NCBI RefSeq assembly: GCF_000400465.1
Contig: NW_008806295.1
Coordinates: 30,001 to 62,000, forward strand
Origin: Wallemia ichthyophaga EXF-994
Lineage: Eukaryota > Fungi > Basidiomycota
Length of the DNA: 32,000 nucleotides
Direction: 5' to 3'
The notes under the pieces: model-generated
What the model saw: the letters and a program-made list of their open reading frames with translations, nothing else
Database searches by the model: none
What the model was told of the DNA's origin: nothing
Part shown: positions 1 to 8,803 of the stretch, piece by piece
How positions within the stretch are numbered: the stretch's first letter is position 1
How the letters are laid out: each line of letters opens with the position of its first letter
Position numbers and translations under genes: made by a program

Positions 1-75
1 ATTCAACACGGTAACCTTATCCTCCATCGTTCTTCTAAATTTCTGATTTTGATCCTCTGAAATACCGATCGACAT
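1..75 (-). CDS. 5' fragment of a PP2C-family protein phosphatase (Ptc1-like); continues beyond the left edge
   Basis: Not in the ORF track. Minus-strand ATG at 75 reads MSIGISEDQNQKFRRTMEDKVTVLN, which matches the N-terminal PP2C motif (G.xE..N.KFRRTMED) of fungal Ptc1-type enzymes. Only 25 codons are visible. Confidence 0.62.
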   Translation of the reverse strand, partial: MSIGISEDQNQKFRRTMEDKVTVLN

Positions 76-188
76 TGTTGATGATGGTGGCGATGTGAGT
101 TGTGAACAAACCGCGATTTATATTTTGCACGCAATGTTTCACTTTTTCAAATATATTTAGTGTTCACTCATCTCTACCTCGTACTTCC

Positions 189-1298
189 ATGTCCACTTCC
201 ACTTCATTAGATCATTTATCTCAATGTGACAGCATCATTTCTTCCATTCTGATTGACTTGGTTTGGGGTTTTAACGTTGTAAAGCCTGCTCAGTGTAGGC
301 TAGATCTTGGACACTCAAAGGACACTATCATCGACATGGTCAGTAGATTAAATTACAACACCGCAAGGCTCGATCAGGGTTTGCTAGAACTCACTAGCAT
401 AAAAGACTACCTCCGTAGAAAGAGGATCCTTTTCAAGAGCCTCTTTAAAGATCATTTACACGTTTATACCCTTCTATTCCACCCTTCCACTCCTTTTGAA
501 GTTTGTTTCAATAGAAGACTCTCATCCTTAACTCACAAAGAAGAATACTCTTTGATTGCTACCAAAAACATCCCCTCAAACACTCCAGTCAAGAATTGCC
601 TTGCTACCCTCACTAAAATCACGCCTAAACAAGACCAGTTCTTGACTGACTCTAATAATGACTGGAGTGTCCTCACTAGCCTTTCCTCAGGTACCCGCAT
701 CTTCCTTGGCCCTGCCAGATTCGCAAATCACGACTGCAATAACAACTGCCAACTCCAACGCACCAAAGACCACATCAACCTCGTCACGATAAGGTGTATC
801 CGTAAAGGTGATGAAATCCTACTCAATTACGGCCCGCACTACTTCGGAGAGAATAACGAAAAGTGCTTCTGTCGTTCGTGCGAGGCTGGCTGTAAGGGTG
901 CATTCCGACATGCCAATAGTGCCAATAGTGTTAATAGTCCAGTTGACAACCAACTCCGGACGAGATTCAATAGCTACATACGCTCAAGCACAAACAGCTC
1001 AACTAACCACTCGCGATCACGCTCCTTGTCCTCAGGGAGCTCCTCCCTCACTCCCCTCTCCTCAGCCCCTTCCTGTCTCGACGAGATGCTATGCCAGAAC
1101 AATCACTGCACAAATGAAAAATTACCGGATAGTGCTGAGTGCTACACTTGCGACATTCATCGTAGGATTTACAAAAACTCCTGGCCCATGCGTAGTCGCC
1201 CGGTCGATACCATCCACACTCCCACCAACCAGAACCAAGACTCAGAAGACTCAGCAGTCTCGGAAGACTCCACAGACTCTGACTTTATGAGTGAATGA
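189..1298 (+). CDS. set9: SET-domain histone H4K20 methyltransferase, Set9/KMT5-like (369 aa, intronless)
   Basis: First ATG of the ORF is at 189 (the track starts at a GTG). Motifs: IFLGPARFANHDC, GDEILLNYGPHYFGENNEKCFCRSCE (post-SET Cys), N-terminal DS..SSILID helix, and the C-terminal C..C..H...Y...WP motif seen in fungal Set9. Confidence 0.82.
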   Translation: MSTSTSLDHLSQCDSIISSILIDLVWGFNVVKPAQCRLDLGHSKDTIIDMVSRLNYNTARLDQGLLELTSIKDYLRRKRILFKSLFKDHLHVYTLLFHPSTPFEVCFNRRLSSLTHKEEYSLIATKNIPSNTPVKNCLATLTKITPKQDQFLTDSNNDWSVLTSLSSGTRIFLGPARFANHDCNNNCQLQRTKDHINLVTIRCIRKGDEILLNYGPHYFGENNEKCFCRSCEAGCKGAFRHANSANSVNSPVDNQLRTRFNSYIRSSTNSSTNHSRSRSLSSGSSSLTPLSSAPSCLDEMLCQNNHCTNEKLPDSAECYTCDIHRRIYKNSWPMRSRPVDTIHTPTNQNQDSEDSAVSEDSTDSDFMSE

Positions 1299-1391
1299 AA
1301 CATAAGATCTAGTGTACAATTGAGACTTGTCATATCTAATCATTTTTGTAATGTATATTTCCTTAATCCGTTCCAACGCTTAACAGCTAAA

Positions 1392-4300
1392 CTACTCCAT
1401 CATTCCCTGGCTGTGAGCGAGTTTGTAGAATTCGCTCGATGTGTTAGACAGCAGCGAAGTGGGGCTATCCGACTCCACGACGCGACCCTCATCCATAACA
1501 ATAACCTGATCATAAGCGCTAATAGTGGATATTCTATGAGCGACGCTAATAACCGTGACGCCCTTGAGTGCAGTTTTGAGTAACGCGAGCAGTCTCTCAT
1601 CTGTCTTGGAGTCCATATTTGACGAGGCTTCATCAAGTAAGACGATTCTACGTTTCTGGAGGAGGATTCTAGCGATGCAGAGGAGCTGTCTTTCACCTGC
1701 ACTAAACTCCATCCCATCCGTCGTCACCTGCGTATCGAGTTTGTGTTCTAAGTCATTGACCTGTTTCGCCATACCGACATGGTCCAGCGCCCGCCATATA
1801 TCCTCTTGGCTAGCCCCCTCGCATCCCAAAATGAGGTTATCTTTCAGCGACGCATGCAGCAGGAAGGGGTCCTGGCTAATGGTGCTGATGCGCTTGCGCA
1901 GTGTGTGTAGTGGCACAGTCGCTAGATCTACCCCATCCACGATAATCCTGCCTGAGCGCAGCGGCTGACCACGGAGGAGAGCGTAGATAGTCGATGATTT
2001 CCCGCTTCCCGTGCGACCACATATTCCCAGCTTATGTCCCGCAGGCAGGGCTATGTTTAGGCCGTCAAGGGCGTTACGCGGTGACGATGTGGCGTACTTG
2101 AGCGAAACGTCGTCGTATGTTACTGCCCCGCTCTCTGGCCAGCTGGGGCTGGGTTCGGTTGTAGTTGCGGATGCTAGCATAGCGTCGTTGTTGTCGCTCT
2201 CGTTGCCGCTTTCGTCGCCCGCTATTTCACGTGCTTGTAAACTCTCTTCACTCTCGAGTTGTGTAATCTCGACTATGCGTTCGAGCGAAACGACACCATT
2301 CTCCACCCTTGTCCATGCCAGAAGAAGATTGGTAAGCGAGGTTGCCATGCTGACTAGCTGGGATAGCGCCACACCGAGGTAGCCGGCGCTGGTGGAGTTA
2401 CGCAGTCCGACGGCTATCGCTGCTATCCCGATAGCTATGAATGCCGTTACGAGGTTGAGAAATGTGCGCAGGAATCTTATCCCAGAATCACGGTAGTACA
2501 TCGGTGCCTGCGACCGGTTGAGATGCCATTCAGAGATATCCTTAAACATTGCCGTTGACTTGAACGCACGGATCGTTACTAGACCAGTGAGGAGGGTGCT
2601 GAAAGACGTGTAGAGCGGTGTCTTAGACGAAATAGTCAGTCGCTGCAGCTGTCTGCTCGTCGCGAGATATACTCTCTGCAGCGACCAGTATATCACAGCG
2701 AGGAAAGGAACTGCTATGGCGAGCCATGGGACTGCAATCAAAATCAGAATGGCAGCTCCGACCACATACACCGCCGTCAACGACACGTCCAGCATCGAAA
2801 TAGGGAACGCGAAATCGGATATAAATATATCCGATCCCCACCGATTGATCAGCAGTGCTGAACTCGTTTTCTGGAAATACGTTACTGGCGCTTCGAGTAC
2901 ATGCCCTAGCATCTGCTCATGCATGCCTAAACTGGCGCGTGGGGCTGTGTACTGCGTGTACATCCACATCATGCAGAAAGAACTGATGAAAGCGGCAACA
3001 GTGAAGCCTGCATACCCACCAAGCCATGGTCGATGGTCGGTGGTGTTTGCGCTGGACCATTTTTCGAGGTATATCTGCGTACTGTTAGTTGCGGATAGAG
3101 CACAAACAGCTTTGCTCACCTGCAGACCAACTTCTACAGCATTGTAGAAAAAGAGAAATGCTACGCAAACTGTTAGACGTCCCCAGCCACAATGACGCAT
3201 GTAGAATTTGTACGGCGTCCATCCAAGATTTGCACTGGCGTCTTCTTCGTCAGGATCCTCTTCCGTATCCACCGCCTCGTATTCTTTTCCGTCAATACTC
3301 TTGTGCTGGTGCGATGGTTTTTCAGCCAGTGCAGGATCACCCAACTCATTGAGTATCTCCTCCTCCTCTGTCTCACTTTTGACATGAGTGATCTCATTAT
3401 CCTCTTCCAACTCCTTGGGTATTTCACCGATATAGCTCTTGATGTCGATTACATTCTTGTAGAGCTCGCGTAGCGATCCTTTGGCGAGGATAGATCCACT
3501 TTCCATAGCAACGACAAAATGTGCAGCTGTGAGGTGTTTGTGGGAGTGCGTTACCATAACCACCGTCCGTTTGCCAAGCATACCCCTCGCTCCGAACAGC
3601 GCATTAAAGACGTGCTTGGTGGTATGTGCGTCGAGTGCACTGAAACAGTCGTCCAGGACTACGAAAGAGGTGTGGCGACTTGCGTACAACGCTCTCGCTA
3701 ATGAAATACGCTGCTTCTGTCCACCACTCACTCCGCCGCCCTTTTCGCTCAGCTGGGTCAGATCGCCTTTGGACATTCTTTCGAAATCATAAACCAAGGC
3801 ACAGCTCTCAACTACCTTGTTGTACCATTCGTAATCGTATTCAGAATCCAGGATTATATTCTCGCGCACGCTCGTTGGCCAAATAAAGGCTTCTTGAGGG
3901 GCATAGCTGATTTTCGTGGTAGGTCCACCAGGCACCTTCCGCCTGCCTGTCTGCAAGTGCGTCTCGCCGAGCAGTGTTTTGGCAAGAATAGACTTACCAC
4001 TACCAACTGGTCCGACGACAATTGATAGTTTGTCTAGTGGGAAGTTGATGTCGATGTCTTTGATAAGTGGCTTGGCGTCAGGCGCTGATGATGCACTCGC
4101 ATTCACATTCCATAATGAAGGTGGCCCGTCGTAGTCTCTATCGGACTTCTCGTCTAGCGACGCCGATTTCTCGGTGCCCGTGTATTTCAGCGTCTCCGTT
4201 GAGCTTCGCTCTGAATTTGGCAGCTCGCCTCCCAAACTCACAGGCTTTTCTTCGAGCAGAAGGAACCCTGCAATGCGCTTCATGGAAGCCCAAGACGCGA

Positions 4301-6072
4301 CGAGTAGTGGGAAGCAATGTCCGACTGTTGAAATGGGGAGCGTTACCAGATTGACAATGGTGTATATCGTGAACAGTGTTTGTGGACGGATATCTCCGCT
4401 GATTCCTGCAAAAGTTCCGAGTGCAGACAGACCAGCGCAGTTAATTGTAGCTGATGAGAGGACAACTACTATCACAAGACGACGGTAGAAGGCCTTCAAA
4501 TTGTCCACTTCTTTCGCTCGGAGTGGGTTGATCCATTTCGGCATCACAGGCTCTAAACCGAGCAGCTTCGTGGGGATGATTTGTTGCATTACTGATCCTA
4601 TCACTGCAAGTCGACCCTCTGTGCTTCCCATCCAGCGCTTTTGAGCACCAGATACCTTCTTGCCGACGATAGATGTTACGGCAAAGAAGGCAATCATGAC
4701 GCAGAGTGGTGGAATCATCGCGTAAGTGGCCAGAGGAAGTGGTTAGTGAGTGTGCGTGATGTTATAGGCTGTACTCACTTTAAACCACAGGATAACGGCT
4801 GCGCAGGCAATCGAAACTAAAGCTGACCAGCATTCGTGGAAGAAAATGACACCTTCGACGACTCTCTCGACATCAACCGACATATACGTAACGGCACTCC
4901 CTCTACCTTGATTCTCTGCAACGGTTGATGCTAGTCTTACTGATTTGTCGAAAAGAACACTGACCAGTGCTGCTCTGTATCTTATAACCATTGCGTAAAC
5001 TTTATCCCAGTAGAGCGCTGTAGTGGCTGCCAATGAGAGATACACGATTGCATAAGCTCCAACTAAGCCCCAACCGATATTTGGATCTTGAGGTGTCTCA
5101 GTCTCACTTGAGTAGCTGTCGATGAATGACAAGATTGTGGAAACGAGAAATGGTTGAGCGAATGTGACAGCAACGTAAAGCAGCTTTGGTATTACTGCAG
5201 CGAAGAAAAAGTCATAGAATGCTATTATGGAAGGCATCAAGATTGGCTGAGTCTCTTTGCCGGATTTTGAAACCTTTCTTGAAGAGTAGAGGAGCTTTGT
5301 GAAGCGCTTTGTGGCATCATTGCTGCTTAGCTCTTCAGGTAGACCGAATTCATTAACGTCATCCAAGTTGAGTGCCCTTTTGAATCCAGAGTATAAGACA
5401 GGGTAGAGGAAAGTAAATAGGATGCGCGAAGGGATTGAGGAGGTTGGCTCAGTTGCTTTAGGCTGGCGGGATTGTGAGTGATTGGTATAATTGGTGCGTA
5501 CAACACACCAGAACTGATGACTTGATCAGCCACCTCTTCTCGATCAACTCGGCAAAGAAAAGACAGCAAGTTGAAGCGAAGAAGACGCAGTATCCGGCAA
5601 AAAAATCATCACCAATCAAGTTGGCGTTGACGAAAGATCTCAGCTGAGTTGCGCTAAACAAGGAAGCTGTTGCCAAGTGAGCACTGATCAATGTCGATGG
5701 AGCATATGCTCGTGTGTGCTGAGCGTAGGATAGAGGGAGAAGTATGACTGAAGAAACCAGTTGCATAGCGTATGCAGCAGTTGCAGTATTGGTGTTGAAG
5801 TGATCGTAATGAAGAACACTTGCAATTGATCCGATCTGAATAAGGATAAGGATCAGCTTCGTGACCGATAGAAGATCGAATCTGTGCTTTGTAATTCTGG
5901 TGCGTGTCTTTTCTATCGCCCCCATTAACACAAACTTGGCCAAAGCTGCGAATACGAATATTGCCAGTGGAAGACACCACATCAGTCTCCACTGGAAGCC
6001 TAGCGATATGTCCATATAACGACATTGGCTTTCTGCCACAAAGTTAAACTCTCCCGGACAAAGTTTGCTCAT
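1392..6072 (-). CDS. ABCC/MRP-type ABC transporter (~1513 aa), TMD0-TMD1-NBD1-TMD2-NBD2
   Basis: Joins three track ORFs. Introns: 5508-5463 (46 nt, GTGTGT..CAG), 4778-4731 (48 nt, GTGAGT, branch CACTAAC, ends TG rather than AG) and 3119-3075 (45 nt, GTGAGC..ACTAAC..CAG, in-frame without a stop). NBD1: GPVGSGKS, VSGGQKQR, LDDCFSALD. NBD2: GRTGSGKS, FSAGERQLLC, LLDEASSNMD. Confidence 0.92.
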
Positions 6073-6319
6073 GTGTTGATGATTTGATCGATAGAGGATC
6101 TTAACTGATAATTTTTGATAACTGATCGTACCTGACTAGGGTTGTGTTCGCAGCAAACTCCGAAATTAATAAAATGGAAAACTAAAGCCGCTGATGGTAT
6201 TCGATCCTTTATCATATGGCCGCAGGCTTTTTAGAAACCTTATTCGTGTTTTTCCCGATTTTATCAGATTATCTTCGGGGTTTCCAATTTGATCGCAAGC
6301 TTGATCAGCTTAGCCGAGG
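6073..6319. promoter_or_regulatory. Divergent promoter (ABCC / A-domain gene) with a cluster of GATA sites, SreA/Urbs1-type iron-repression candidate
   Basis: 247 bp contains TGATAA at 6106 and 6116, TTATCA at 6209 and 6261, and TTATCT at 6269. 6261-6269 is the reverse complement of ATCTGATAA, which fits the SreA consensus ATCWGATAA. Confidence 0.6.
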
Positions 6320-8700
6320 ATGCTTGATAATTATACACACAACCCAATAAAGAGCCTTGGAACGCAGTCAAGAGTTCCAGAGCATGTCCCACGGCACTAC
6401 TCACTCGATATCACCGGTCCAGCTGGTCAAATTTCGAGCGAAATTGAGAAACTCAGCAGAGTCGCATACACTGTGCTTCTGATGAAGTATCTTGACACGC
6501 AGGATATCCTATTGGGTGAGACTTCCGTGGATTACATCGGCGATCCTGAAGCCACGCTGATTCAGCCAATCCGCGTGCAGCTGGAAGGAGGGGAATTATT
6601 GAGCCAAATATCCCAGAATATCGATCAGCAGCTATCTGCAAACATTCCGCTATCAAACGACGACGCTAGACTTGAACTGGGTGTAAAGGACCACGAAACA
6701 CCTCTACAGGCACTGTTTGTATGGGGAGTTGATTTAGTTACGTGCAGGCAGCATAACAGCCTGCTAATGGGTGGATACCTGTCTCACAATGGCTACACTT
6801 TGTCTGTCTATAGCGACGGCAGTCTGATATCATCCACCTCGCTCGGCGTTCTCCTCAATCAAGTCAAGGTGGTGCTGGAGAGGCTGCTGCAGCACCATGA
6901 GAACCTTTCAAATGTCCATATTGGGGAGGTGCTCAAGCCATTCCCTAAAAACCTCGCCTCACACGCTCAAAAGACACTGGACATGTCTCACCAACGCTTA
7001 GTAGTCGATTGGTTGTTCGATAACGCAGCAAGCAGGCCTGAAAAGATCGCCCATGAATGCTACACCGACCTGGACTCGCCACCTTCTCTACTCAGTTGGA
7101 ATGACTTTAACAGGCGCTCAAACCAACTTGCTAGGTGGCTTGTAGAGCACAAACGGGTGCAGCTCGAGGACAGAGTGGGTCTGTCGCTCCCGCGCTGCCC
7201 CGAGTTCTATATAGCTATGGCTGCTATTCTCAAGGCAGGTGGCTGCTACACGAGTGTGAGTCTTAGTCTGAGCCTGGGTCGATGAGAGCACACACCACTC
7301 ACACAACGCACAGATAGACCCAGAGCTACCCGAAGAGCGGAAGAAGTACATTGCAAAAGACAGCGCGTCCAAGGTGGTATTCACAACTAGCGAAAATCAG
7401 CACATATTCCCTCTTATAGCTGTAGACACGCACGACGCGTCGCTGTGGAGGCTAGTCCACACACTCAGCCCCTCCAATTTCAACTGCGCACAAGCTGACA
7501 GCCTGGCTTACCTTCTCTACACGAGCGGGACGACGGGGAATCCGAAAGGATGTCTCATCGAGCACAGAGCGCTGTATTGGGCGATGATAACTTTCGGTGA
7601 CTACCCCATACCGATCAGCAACCCAGACAGCGATAAGCGGCTGGCAATGGCTTCCTTGGCGTTCGACGTGCATATTTCTGAAATCACCCAAAGCTGGCAT
7701 GAAAAACTAGCATTGGTGACGGTCCCGCGGGCTCAGCTACTGGGCGATCTAAGGGAGTACATTGTGCGGATGCACATAACGCATCTGGGGATGGTGCCGT
7801 CGATGATCGAGGCGCTGCTCGAGACGCCCGATGGTCTCCCCCTCAAGTATCTCATTTCTGGTGGTGAGAAGATAACGCAAAATGTAAGATAATCCAATCA
7901 CCTTTAACACACCACAAACCCCTGACACCTCACAGCTGCTCGAAAAGTGGGCTAACCAACCCAACCTCGTCCTCGCGAATTTCTACGGCCCGACTGAGCT
8001 GACTATTGGGATATCAGCGCGCAAGGTGATGGCGCACGATACAAAGGAGAATGTCGGCAAAGTGTTTCCCTCTTGTGACGCATTCGTGGTCGACAGGGAT
8101 ATGAACATTGTCCCATTAGGTACACCAGGCGAGCTTGTCGTGGAAGGCGTACTGGCAGCGCGCGGATATCTCAACCTGGACCACCTCACCGCCAAGTCCT
8201 TTGTCAGGTACCCCACGCCTCAGAGCTGGGCATACAGGACGGGCGACTTGGTGCGTATGACGCCCGATCACTCGATCGAGATCATGGGCAGGATCGACTC
8301 GCAAGTCAAGTACCGTGGTGTGCGCTTAGAGACAGAGGGCGTGTCGAACATACTCCGCTTGGCATCTTCATCCGTGGAGCTCCTGGCGACGACGCTCATC
8401 ACACAGCACGCTTCTCTCAGTCAGCAAGTGCTCGTCAGTTTCGTCGCGCCGTCTCATTCTGGCGTCGGGGTGGTAGACAGGCGCACTACAGCGCCGACTA
8501 TCAAATATGACAGCGGCGCACTAGTAAACACTCTCAAGATGGCTGTCGATCGAGAGCTGCCTGTTTATATGCGCCCTGCTTACATTATACCGACAAATTT
8601 CATCCCGCTCACCCTCAACGGGAAATCGGACAACAAAGTCCTAGCCCAGCTTTTCAAGACAACGCCAATGCAGTCCCTACTAAAGTCACAGAGGGCGTGA
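6320..8700 (+). CDS. NRPS-like protein (756 aa): degenerate condensation-like N-terminus plus one adenylation domain of the fungal siderophore-synthetase type; no thiolation domain
   Basis: Introns 7256-7313 (58 nt) and 7884-7935 (52 nt) fuse three ORFs in frame. A-domain core motifs: A3 AYLLYTSGTTGNPKG, A4 FDVH, A5 NFYGPTE, A6 GELVVEG..ARGYLN, A7 YRTGDL, A8 GRIDSQVKYRGVRLE, A10 NGKSD. The stop follows about 20 codons after A10, and there is no GxDS phosphopantetheinylation motif. Confidence 0.88.
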
Positions 8701-8803
8701 TGCAGTGTGCAAACGCGGTAAAGTTTCTGACTCGATATAATGATGCATAATTTTGGTAATTACAAAGTTATATTGTATGGTATGGTATAGCGCGCGCCAT
8801 CCG

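Noticed and set aside
102-188. GTG/TTG starts given by the ORF track (102, 12767, 15404, 20538, 26428)
   Set aside because: This is a eukaryotic locus; downstream ATGs or upstream spliced exons give better-supported starts.
1555-4488. Series of plus-strand ORFs of 60-143 aa opposite the ABC transporter
   Set aside because: Antisense shadows of a GC-rich CDS with no recognisable motifs; most lack ATG starts.
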